Virus record (IMG/VR): IMGVR_UViG_2737471861_000024
Reading direction: 5' to 3' (one strand)
DNA: 11,634 nt
Origin: a virus
Lineage: Duplodnaviria; Heunggongvirae; Uroviricota; Caudoviricetes
The notes beneath the pieces are model-generated. The model did no database searches. It saw only the letters and a list, made by a program, of their open reading frames with translations, and had not been told where the DNA came from. Below, piece after piece: positions 1 through 6,614 of this stretch. Every line of letters starts with the position of its first letter. Position 1 is the stretch's first letter. Made by a program: the position numbers and the translations under genes.

Positions 1-1257
1 GTGCTTACCGATACAAAATTAAAAAACCTCAAGCCGCAGGACAAACTGTACAAGGTATCCGATCGTGACGGGCTGTATGTAGCTGTGCTTACGTCAGGAA
101 CGGTCTCGTTTCGCTATGACTACCGTATCAACGGTCGCCGCGAAACACTGGTAATCGGGCAGTATGGGCGTGACGGTATCAGTCTGGCAGAAGCGCGAGA
201 AGAACTGATTGCTGCAAAGAAGCTGCTTAAAGCAGGCCAGTCGCCGGCTGCGGCTAAACGTGACGGTATCAAAAAGATTCGTGGTGCCGAGACGTTTGCG
301 GTACATACCGACAGTTATATGAAACACGTCATCCTGGCTGACAGTACCCGTGCAATGAAGCAGTCGGTGATCGACCGTGACATACTTCCGGTTCTTGGCA
401 ACAAAATGATGGCTGAAATTACCACATCGATGGTTCGTGATTTGTGTGACCGGATTGTCGAACGCGGTGGCCGTGCAACAGCAGTACAGGCCAGGGAGAT
501 CATCAGCAGCGTATACCGTCACGCCAATGACCGTGGTCATGGTTTGTTTAATCCTGCGGCTGACATTAAACCTTCGTCTATCGCCATATTTAAACCACGA
601 GAGCGAACACTGACACCAGAAGAAATTGGCCTGTTCTTCCGCACGCTGGATGCCATTGGTGCTATGGGCACTATGAAAATGGCTTTAAAGCTGGTGCTTA
701 TCACTATGGTTCGTAAAGGCGAATTCACTAATGCAACGTGGGACGAAATAGATTTTAAAAAATGGACATGGACAATTCCTTCAGACCGCATGAAGGGAAG
801 CCGGGCGCACGTTATTTACCTGCCTAAACAGGCACAGGATATATTGGTTGGGTTGCAGATGTGCGCTGGTGGAAGTGAATATCTGGTTCCTGGTCGTTAC
901 AATTTCCGGAAGCCATTATCTAATGCCGCGCTGAACTCTCTGATCGACAGAACGGTGAAAATAATAAATGAAGATGGTGAGCATATTCAGGACTTCACCG
1001 TACACGATATGCGCCGTACAGCAAGTACGTTGTTGCATGAGGCTGGTTATCCTTCAGACTGGATTGAAAAGGCTCTGGCACATGAGCAGAAAGGTGTGCG
1101 CGCCGTATATAACAAAGCGGAATACGCCAGACAGCGCGCCTACATGTTGCAGCAGTGGGCCGATATGATTGATTCCTGGATTAACGGGGAGCATACGGAT
1201 CTGATTCCGTTCTCCCCGTCGAAGTTTGAGAGGTGGATGGAAGACAGTAATAAATAA
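1..1257 (+). CDS. int: Phage tyrosine integrase (P4-like, N-terminal arm-binding DUF4102-type domain); begins with GTG at window position 1, so either GTG-initiated or truncated by a few codons at the window edge
   Basis: 418-aa ORF; N-terminus LTDTKLKNLKP...DGLY..RY.Y typical of P4-family integrase arm-binding domain; C-terminal catalytic region HDMRRTASTLLHEAGYPSDWIEKALAHE...VRAVYNKAEY with the tyrosine-recombinase His/Arg/Tyr arrangement. Confidence 0.9.
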   Translation: MLTDTKLKNLKPQDKLYKVSDRDGLYVAVLTSGTVSFRYDYRINGRRETLVIGQYGRDGISLAEAREELIAAKKLLKAGQSPAAAKRDGIKKIRGAETFAVHTDSYMKHVILADSTRAMKQSVIDRDILPVLGNKMMAEITTSMVRDLCDRIVERGGRATAVQAREIISSVYRHANDRGHGLFNPAADIKPSSIAIFKPRERTLTPEEIGLFFRTLDAIGAMGTMKMALKLVLITMVRKGEFTNATWDEIDFKKWTWTIPSDRMKGSRAHVIYLPKQAQDILVGLQMCAGGSEYLVPGRYNFRKPLSNAALNSLIDRTVKIINEDGEHIQDFTVHDMRRTASTLLHEAGYPSDWIEKALAHEQKGVRAVYNKAEYARQRAYMLQQWADMIDSWINGEHTDLIPFSPSKFERWMEDSNK

Positions 1258-1259
1258 TT

Positions 1260-1919
1260 CTATCCTTCCTGGAGTTTGGTAAGCGTCAGATTTCCGCAGA
1301 ACACTGCGCCGGTGTCGATGTACATCTGGTTTGCATACACCAGTGGGTGATGTGCTGGCGTATGACCGAAGATGAACAAATCGGCACCGGTTATCTCCGA
1401 GACAATACCGTCCTGCGCGTCGCTAACCCGCTCACGATTCCATATCACCATTTCTTCTGGTACTGGCTTATCGAATGCGTATTCGTTGTGCGGGTAGTCT
1501 GCGTGACAGATGACGACCTTCTTATTGCCGGTAACCAGTTCGATAATCATCGGGAGGTTGGTAATCTTTGGCAGAAGGTATTTGAGTTGCACATCCTGCT
1601 CAGAATCAAGTTGGTGCCACCATCCACCGCCGTTTGACATCCAATGTCCGAAACTTCCGCCGTTGACCAGTGCATCCAGCATCATCTGCTCATGGTTGCC
1701 ACGAACAGCTCGGAACCACGGCATAGTAATCAAATCCAGGCATTCGACGTTTTCAGCGCCGCGGTCAACAAGGTCACCAACGGAAATAAGTAAATCGCGC
1801 GCCGGGTCGAATGAAACTTTGTCGAGTTCGTTCATCAGCAGCGTGTAGCACCCATGCAGATCGCCGACGACGAAGATATTGCACCAGTCAGCGCCATTGA
1901 TACGTTGATATAGGTTCAT
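1260..1919 (-). CDS. Ser/Thr protein phosphatase, PPP-family metallophosphoesterase (lambda PPase / NinI-like); start placed at internal ATG 1919 (MNLYQ...), not at the ORF-track start 2039
   Basis: GDLHG, GDLVDRG, GNHE metallophosphatase motifs; strong collinear similarity to recalled lambda PPase sequence ([71 protein letters not shown]); ATG at 1919 forms an ATGA overlap with the stop of the upstream methyltransferase gene. Confidence 0.85.
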   Translation of the reverse strand: MNLYQRINGADWCNIFVVGDLHGCYTLLMNELDKVSFDPARDLLISVGDLVDRGAENVECLDLITMPWFRAVRGNHEQMMLDALVNGGSFGHWMSNGGGWWHQLDSEQDVQLKYLLPKITNLPMIIELVTGNKKVVICHADYPHNEYAFDKPVPEEMVIWNRERVSDAQDGIVSEITGADLFIFGHTPAHHPLVYANQMYIDTGAVFCGNLTLTKLQEG

Positions 1920-2566
1920 GCTGCACGCTCCCGCCCCTGGTTGTCTATTGGTGACACCGGAGCATTGCTGAATGCATTTGTTAATCCGCCAATATCCAAC
2001 GCGTATCCAGGGTGTAGTTGCACTGCCGGGTCTTCGCACTGATTACCCCAAACATCGAAGCCATGAGACTTCTGGCGGGCGAACAGTTCAATGCGAGAAA
2101 CATCGCCTAACAATTGCACAAGTTTTTCACGAACGACATCTGGTTTTCTTGAATGCTCAAGCCGCGGTGCGGTAAATGACTGAACGATCCCTGCATTAAT
2201 GCGTGGAGGTAGTTTTCCCTTTACTGCAAACAGGCAATCTTCACTATTGGCGCGAGTCATGTGTCCCATACCCATAACCAGTTTATCTGGTTGTCGACTA
2301 CCACATTTTATCCACGTGAAGCCCTTCATGGTCATCAGACGGAATCCCCAGGCTTCAACAACTTTTAGCGCTTCGAGTGGTTGTGTTGGCACCCACCACA
2401 TGGCCAACAGACAGTTTTCATCGGCCAAATCCCACACAGGAAGGCGGCAGATATCCATCACACTCATAACCGGATATTTAAAACTGGCACCGCGATTACC
2501 ATCTGCGGCTTTGTCCCGGTATACCCAGGGTGGATCTGCATAGATTAGTGTGTATTTCTTAGTCAT
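1916..2566 (-). CDS. MT-A70 family DNA N6-adenine methyltransferase (phage orphan Dam-like MTase)
   Basis: 216-aa ORF with DPPW catalytic motif near N-terminus ([10 protein letters not shown]) characteristic of MT-A70-type N6-adenine methyltransferases; GGGGTGG Shine-Dalgarno-like sequence upstream of ATG at 2566; stop overlaps phosphatase start (ATGA). Confidence 0.8.
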   Translation of the reverse strand: MTKKYTLIYADPPWVYRDKAADGNRGASFKYPVMSVMDICRLPVWDLADENCLLAMWWVPTQPLEALKVVEAWGFRLMTMKGFTWIKCGSRQPDKLVMGMGHMTRANSEDCLFAVKGKLPPRINAGIVQSFTAPRLEHSRKPDVVREKLVQLLGDVSRIELFARQKSHGFDVWGNQCEDPAVQLHPGYALDIGGLTNAFSNAPVSPIDNQGRERAA

Positions 2567-2858
2567 AAACCACCCCGCAACATCCTATACCGCTATAGTC
2601 TCCACGGCGAAGGCCGTTACCTTTTGTGATACATTGGTCCCTGCGAACCGCGATCCTTGCACGCTCAACATCACCAGAAGCAACATCCATACACTGAAGC
2701 CAAAGGTGGGCGGCAATCCGGAACTGCCCTTTTTTCTCTCTTTCAATCGCGCGTTTTTCGATCTCTATCGCCGCAGGAGTAACGGCAACAACCTTTGAAG
2801 GGCTGCGCATTGAAACCTTGTTCATGTGATATTTTTCAAGTCGGCTTAACTTTCTCAC
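2559..2858 (-). CDS. Hypothetical protein (~83-99 aa; start ambiguous: GTG 2858, ATG 2825 or ATG 2810); 3' end overlaps methyltransferase start by 8 bp
   Basis: ORF in operon context with GAGAGGG Shine-Dalgarno-like sequence about 9 nt upstream of GTG 2858; no recognisable motif. Confidence 0.4.
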   Translation of the reverse strand: MRKLSRLEKYHMNKVSMRSPSKVVAVTPAAIEIEKRAIEREKKGQFRIAAHLWLQCMDVASGDVERARIAVRRDQCITKGNGLRRGDYSGIGCCGVVYD

Positions 2859-2967
2859 TTAATCCAACCCTCTCTGAAAATTAATGCCAGCAGATAAAGC
2901 CATGCTGAAACAGAGGCCAGGAATAAGTACCATCCTGACCATTTGCTCCAGTGCCTTAGCAGCGCAC

Positions 2968-3216
2968 TCATGCAGCGTTGCTCACGGGACGATATACACG
3001 TTGCTGAACAGGAGGTTTTTTACCCTGGAACTCTGCCGGGCTTGCTGCCTGACGTTCATCAAGCCAACGCTCAACTTCATCACGGTTCCATGCGCAGCGT
3101 TTATCGGTGATATACCAGCGTTTAGGAAATTCCCCTGCGCGCTCCATACGGTCGATAGTGCTCCATGACAGTGGCACCACCGCCAGGAGTTCCTTCTTAC
3201 CTAATGCACCTTTCAT
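2968..3216 (-). CDS. AlpA-family / excisionase-like small DNA-binding protein (MerR-superfamily HTH)
   Basis: 82-aa ORF; segment LLAVVPLSWSTIDRMERAGEFPKRWYITDKRCAWNRDEVERWLDER matches the AlpA/Xis pattern (st.y......G.FP....ig.r...W...EV..WL); GAGAGGT Shine-Dalgarno upstream of ATG 3216. Confidence 0.7.
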   Translation of the reverse strand: MKGALGKKELLAVVPLSWSTIDRMERAGEFPKRWYITDKRCAWNRDEVERWLDERQAASPAEFQGKKPPVQQRVYRPVSNAA

Positions 3217-3237
3217 AAATACCTCTCTTGGTTGCAG

Positions 3238-3258
3238 TGCGGCGCGCGTGGCGCCGCG
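3238..3258. other. GC-rich hairpin (7-bp stem GCGGCGC / GCGCCGC, 5-nt loop) in the bet / xis-like intergenic spacer; no flanking T-run on either strand
   Basis: Inverted repeat read directly: gcggcgc-gcgtg-gcgccgc at 3239-3257. Confidence 0.4.
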
Positions 3259-3265
3259 GTGGTGG

Positions 3266-4147
3266 TTACATAGATGTTTCGTTTAATTCTTCCCGACGAA
3301 CGCTGTAAACGTCGGTGGCTTTTGCCAGCAGTTCGTCATCATCTGAAAGTTTTTGTGCAATGTATTTGTAAGCCTTATCCAGTTCGGAGACAGTGCTGTA
3401 ATTCATCGCTGCGCTGGTAAAGGCCATCAGCATTTCTTCTGGATCACGGCTATCCGCTTTACGCGTTTGCTCATCAGGCTTTTTCGCTGGTTTAGCGTTG
3501 ATCAGACTGTTCATTCCCGCAGCAGTGGTCGTTTGCGGAGTAATGTCTCGCTCAACGCGCGGTGCCGTTTCCTGTAATTCGTCAGGGGTGTAAACACCGA
3601 GAAGTACATCAGGAGCGTGCAGGCGAGCCCATCGTTTCGTGCAAAGATAGGCAAGTTGCTGGCGCGGATCCTGTTCCCACAATGGAGAGTTACGCACTCC
3701 GGCTTGCGCCATACTGATGGTAAGCTCACGGGGTTCTGCTTCTCCTTTAAGAACCGCTGACACAGTTACCGTCAGATTCGGTGATTTATCTGTTTTGCCG
3801 TTAACATTCGACCAGTCACCGCTCCAGCGATAATTCAGGCGTGTCGCTAGCAGGCTGGAAGAGGATACGACCGCGTTTACCAACTGTGCTTCGTAGCCTA
3901 ACGTTCCGTTTACCACATGCGTTTTTTGCGCCACGGCGAAAGGGTTCATTCCCCACTGTGCCGCCTGCATGGTCACCGCCAGACAATCGGAAGGTTTGCC
4001 TTCAAGATGTTTCGGTACAGTCGCTTTGCTTTGTGACATCAACTCCGCGAAACGCACCAGTTGATTCATGCCCTCCGGGCTGAAGATTGCCGCAGCAGTA
4101 CCTACAGTTGCGCCTGGTTGTGATGTGATTGCGATATCATTGCTCAT
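3266..4147 (-). CDS. bet: Red-beta / Bet family single-strand annealing protein (recombinase)
   Basis: 293-aa ORF; ERDITP and surrounding C-terminal region resemble lambda Bet (ERQPERDITPVNDE); N-terminal region GMNPFAVAQKTHVVNGTLGYEAQLVNAVV typical of Red-beta family; start ATG overlaps stop of upstream nuclease gene (ATGA). Confidence 0.8.
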   Translation of the reverse strand: MSNDIAITSQPGATVGTAAAIFSPEGMNQLVRFAELMSQSKATVPKHLEGKPSDCLAVTMQAAQWGMNPFAVAQKTHVVNGTLGYEAQLVNAVVSSSSLLATRLNYRWSGDWSNVNGKTDKSPNLTVTVSAVLKGEAEPRELTISMAQAGVRNSPLWEQDPRQQLAYLCTKRWARLHAPDVLLGVYTPDELQETAPRVERDITPQTTTAAGMNSLINAKPAKKPDEQTRKADSRDPEEMLMAFTSAAMNYSTVSELDKAYKYIAQKLSDDDELLAKATDVYSVRREELNETSM

Positions 4148-4965
4148 ACGTACATATCCTGTTTACGTGCCCAGTCAGGGCGTTTAATAATTTCCACTCC
4201 GCCCCACTCATCGTTGATGCGGCATTCGTGATAGGTATTCAGATCCCGGCGGAACAGAGCGTGCCCGGCATCGACATCCGGCGCATCCAACTCGAACACG
4301 CGTACCGGATACCGACCACAATCAATGCTTTCGCTCACGGCAAGAAAGAAAAAACCATGCGGCTGACCAGTAACCTTCATTGCGCCTTCGCGGTACATTG
4401 CGTCCTGCACGTGGTAGCGGAATTCCTCGATGTGGCGTGCAAAACGGTCCATATCTGCAACCTTTTTCACGTCGACGATCACGTTGTGCTCGTTCAGCCA
4501 TTTGTCTGGACGAATGCGGCACAACTCACCAGTCTCTTCATCGTTCCAGTACATTGATGCTTCGTAGTAACCAGGTGCTTCCAGCATCCAGCGTGCCGCC
4601 GGGTGAGCCATTGCGCTATCACGCATCAGCTCCAGTTTCCGCCACTGCTCGGCATCAAGTACCGCAATCCCCATATCCGCTACATCACGAAGAAATGCTT
4701 CTTCGTCAGCTTTACCTTGTTTCGTCCGACGATCGAACTTTGGTGAAACAATGAAGCGTTTGTCGAATTCTCCAGGTTCCAGAAGCAGACAGTGCAATGC
4801 AGTTCCCATATCTAGTGCAGACTTTTTCTCTTCGTCTTCTGGTGCTGCCTGAACCCATTTAAGAAGCGCCGGATTCTTGGCAACCATGTCCAGTTGCGAC
4901 TTACTCACGCCGTCACCGGCGTGGTAGTCTTCGTTGCTGATGTCGAAATAAATTCCCGGTTTCAT
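4144..4965 (-). CDS. PD-(D/E)xK family exonuclease (RecB/Cas4-like nuclease domain), recombination partner of Bet
   Basis: 273-aa ORF; motifs RPDKW ... IVDVKKV (D ... D-x-K) and downstream YHVQDAMY (Q..Y) typical of PD-(D/E)xK nucleases; sits directly upstream of and translationally coupled to bet, as in RecE/RecT-type modules. Confidence 0.75.
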   Translation of the reverse strand: MKPGIYFDISNEDYHAGDGVSKSQLDMVAKNPALLKWVQAAPEDEEKKSALDMGTALHCLLLEPGEFDKRFIVSPKFDRRTKQGKADEEAFLRDVADMGIAVLDAEQWRKLELMRDSAMAHPAARWMLEAPGYYEASMYWNDEETGELCRIRPDKWLNEHNVIVDVKKVADMDRFARHIEEFRYHVQDAMYREGAMKVTGQPHGFFFLAVSESIDCGRYPVRVFELDAPDVDAGHALFRRDLNTYHECRINDEWGGVEIIKRPDWARKQDMYV

Positions 4966-5261
4966 GCCGCGTCCTTCTGTCCATCAAGCTGATCCGCCAG
5001 ATCCCAGCGGGCGATAATTGCCATTGCCTCTCGCCGATATGCATCCATCAGTTCTTCGAACTCAGGGCTGTCTTTAGCTGCTTCCAGCACTTCCTGACGA
5101 ACGCCTTTGCCTGTTACAACGTCGAAAGTTGAGGACAGTTGATGAAGTCGGATGCTCTCAATCAGTTCAACTTGTCGGTCATATAGCTGTTCTGACAGGC
5201 GGTAGTCCTTGTCGAATGCCAGCATGATTTTTTGAAGATTTTTCTGCTGATTAACGTTCAT
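4962..5261 (-). CDS. Hypothetical protein (~99 aa from ATG 5261; GTG 5267 alternative)
   Basis: ORF with GAGGTGG Shine-Dalgarno overlapping upstream stop codon, ATG 7 nt downstream; stop overlaps exonuclease start (ATGA); no recognised motif. Confidence 0.55.
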   Translation of the reverse strand: MNVNQQKNLQKIMLAFDKDYRLSEQLYDRQVELIESIRLHQLSSTFDVVTGKGVRQEVLEAAKDSPEFEELMDAYRREAMAIIARWDLADQLDGQKDAA

Positions 5262-5268
5262 ACCCACC

Positions 5269-6303
5269 TCAATATTTGATATACGCGTCCTGCACTTTGC
5301 CGCCAGCGATAGCCAACATTGCTTTCTGCGCGAATTCTTCGGGAATGCCTTGGGCTATCAGATCTTCGATTACTCTGCGGTTAACGGTACGGCGATGCTC
5401 TTTATCCGCAGCTCGGCGCGCTTCTTCGTCGGCGATACGCTTCTGTTCGTCAAGGCGGGCTTTTTCTGCCGCCTCTTGGCGTCGGCGTTCCTCGGCAACG
5501 GCTTCTTCTTTTTCGCGTTGTGCACGCTGCTCTGCTTCAATTCGCTGACGTTCTGCTACTTCAGCACGTGCTTTCTCTTCCGCCGCCAGGCGTGCCGCAG
5601 CCTCAATTTCAGATTTCGCTTTTTGTTCAGCTTCGAGCCTGGCCTGTTCAGCAGCTTCCCGGCGGATATTCTCTTCTCGCTCAATGCGCGCTTTTTCCTC
5701 CGCTTCTTTGCGAAGTCGCTCCAGCTCAGCGGCTTCATGCTCGCGTTTTTGAGCTACTGCGAGTGATTCTTCCAGTTTCTGGATGGTTGAATCCTTGGCT
5801 ACTCCAGCTTCTGCTGCGTACTCATGCCAACTCTCATCAAGTGCTACTGATTTAGCCTCTTGAATTCGTTCCTGAATATCAGTTGATGGCAAGTAGTTTC
5901 CGGAGAGATCGATCACGTCAGCTAGTGCTCGCAAATTTGTCAGGCGTTGTTGCAGTGCTTCGGTGCGTAATTTCTCAGCATTTTCCCACTCGGTGAGTGG
6001 GCGGCGTACTTCATCACGAAGCCGATCGCATTCGGTTACGAAGCGTCGTAACTCTGCTTCAACTACTTTCGGCTGTTCTTTCAGGCGTTTCAGATAATCA
6101 CGTCCTGGTTTTTCTACCGCTGTTTTACTTCTTGAAACCTTCGCAGCCAGAGATGCAATGCGCTTTCTGCCTTTGTCTGTGCTAATGTCAGGCACTTCAT
6201 TAACACCTTCACGGATCTGCTCAAGAAACTTTTCCAGTCCTTTTTCAACGTAAATTCTTGGTGCCATATCTGGTGTGATTTCGATGATTGATGATTCACT
6301 CAT
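5269..6303 (-). CDS. Hypothetical protein with long E/R/K/A/Q-rich charged helical repeat region (coiled-coil or single-alpha-helix-like), 344 aa
   Basis: Long ORF; residues ~180-300 are nearly pure E/A/R/K/Q repeats (EAEQKAKSEIEAAARLAAEEKARAEVAERQRIEAEQRAQREKEE...) flanked by non-repetitive N- and C-terminal segments; start ATG overlaps stop of upstream small ORF. Confidence 0.7.
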   Translation of the reverse strand: MSESSIIEITPDMAPRIYVEKGLEKFLEQIREGVNEVPDISTDKGRKRIASLAAKVSRSKTAVEKPGRDYLKRLKEQPKVVEAELRRFVTECDRLRDEVRRPLTEWENAEKLRTEALQQRLTNLRALADVIDLSGNYLPSTDIQERIQEAKSVALDESWHEYAAEAGVAKDSTIQKLEESLAVAQKREHEAAELERLRKEAEEKARIEREENIRREAAEQARLEAEQKAKSEIEAAARLAAEEKARAEVAERQRIEAEQRAQREKEEAVAEERRRQEAAEKARLDEQKRIADEEARRAADKEHRRTVNRRVIEDLIAQGIPEEFAQKAMLAIAGGKVQDAYIKY

Positions 6304-6461
6304 TTGCTAACCTGCTCCCATATCTCGTTATCGTTGGCCACATCGCGAGCTTCTTTGCTGACGAAAGCCCACTTAATGCCTTCCTGTAAGGTGCGGAACC
6401 TCCAGCTCATGAATCCGCATGCAGTAACGCAGTACCAACCGTTGATGATTTTCCACTGCAT
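6300..6461 (-). CDS. Small hypothetical ORF (53 aa, MQWKIINGWYCVTACGFMSWRFRTLQEGIKWAFVSKEARDVANDNEIWEQVSK), first gene after the leftward early promoter; absent from the ORF track (under 60 aa)
   Basis: Hand translation of minus strand; GAGGT Shine-Dalgarno 8 nt upstream of ATG 6461; TGA stop overlaps ATG of the next gene (ATGA). Confidence 0.45.
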   Translation of the reverse strand: MQWKIINGWYCVTACGFMSWRFRTLQEGIKWAFVSKEARDVANDNEIWEQVSK

Positions 6462-6480
6462 AACTTGTTACCTCGGTCTG

Positions 6481-6495
6481 TTACCGTTGAGGTAA
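6481..6495. promoter_or_regulatory. Operator-like palindrome TTACC-GTTGA-GGTAA overlapping the -10 / transcription start of the leftward early promoter
   Basis: Perfect 5-bp inverted half-sites separated by 5 bp; same motif recurs at 6543-6557, 7255-7269, 9586-9600 and 9648-9662. Confidence 0.55.
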
Positions 6496-6523
6496 TAATT
6501 ATGCGTATCTGGTTTGGTGTCAA
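6495..6523 (-). promoter_or_regulatory. Putative leftward early promoter (PL-like): -35 TTGACA (6523-6518), 17-bp spacer, -10 AATTAT (6500-6495) on minus strand
   Basis: Perfect consensus -35 hexamer with 17-bp spacing to an A2/T6-containing -10; flanked by operator palindromes; positioned in front of the leftward operon. Confidence 0.5.
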
Positions 6524-6542
6524 TAGATATGAGTTAAAAAAA

Positions 6543-6557
6543 TTACCCGTTAGGTAA
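6543..6557. promoter_or_regulatory. Operator-like palindrome TTACC-CGTTA-GGTAA, 19 bp upstream of the PL-like -35
   Basis: Perfect TTACC-N5-GGTAA inverted repeat. Confidence 0.55.
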
Positions 6558-6568
6558 TCGAACAGGCA

Positions 6569-6594
6569 ATAAAAAAGCCGCCAGAAGGCGGCTT
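6569..6594 (-). terminator. Rho-independent terminator downstream of the repressor gene (minus strand): 8-bp stem AAGCCGCC/GGCGGCTT, 4-nt loop, followed by T-run on minus strand
   Basis: Hairpin aagccgcc-agaa-ggcggctt at 6575-6594; plus-strand A-run 6570-6576 gives a U-tract on the minus-strand transcript; lies 20 bp beyond the repressor stop. Confidence 0.6.
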
Positions 6595-6614
6595 ACTTAC
6601 TGAAAAATATGATT

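Noticed and set aside
94-1168. ORFs overlapping the integrase gene (94..540, 315..503, 537..791 on minus; 968..1168 on plus)
   Set aside because: Embedded in a well-supported integrase reading frame; no ribosome-binding sites or motifs.
1260-2039. Longer 259-aa version of the phosphatase ORF starting at 2039
   Set aside because: The 40-codon N-terminal extension lies entirely inside the methyltransferase gene in another frame; the ATG at 1919 gives an N-terminus matching lambda PPase and an ATGA overlap with the upstream stop.
5276-5855. Several overlapping alternative-frame ORFs on both strands (5276..5548, 5350..5766, 5520..5855, 5556..5738)
   Set aside because: They lie inside the repetitive charged-helix coding region of the 344-aa gene; their low-complexity Ser/Arg/Phe/Leu-rich translations are typical frame artefacts of repetitive DNA.
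6468-6482. Additional TTACC half-site at 6468-6472 as a third PL operator
   Set aside because: The partner half-site 10 bp away is CTGTT, not GGTAA; only a single half-site is present.
6575-6594. Plus-strand use of the 6575-6594 hairpin as a terminator
   Set aside because: On the plus strand the hairpin is followed by ACTTACTG rather than a U-tract; only the minus-strand orientation has the T-run, so it is assigned to the repressor gene.
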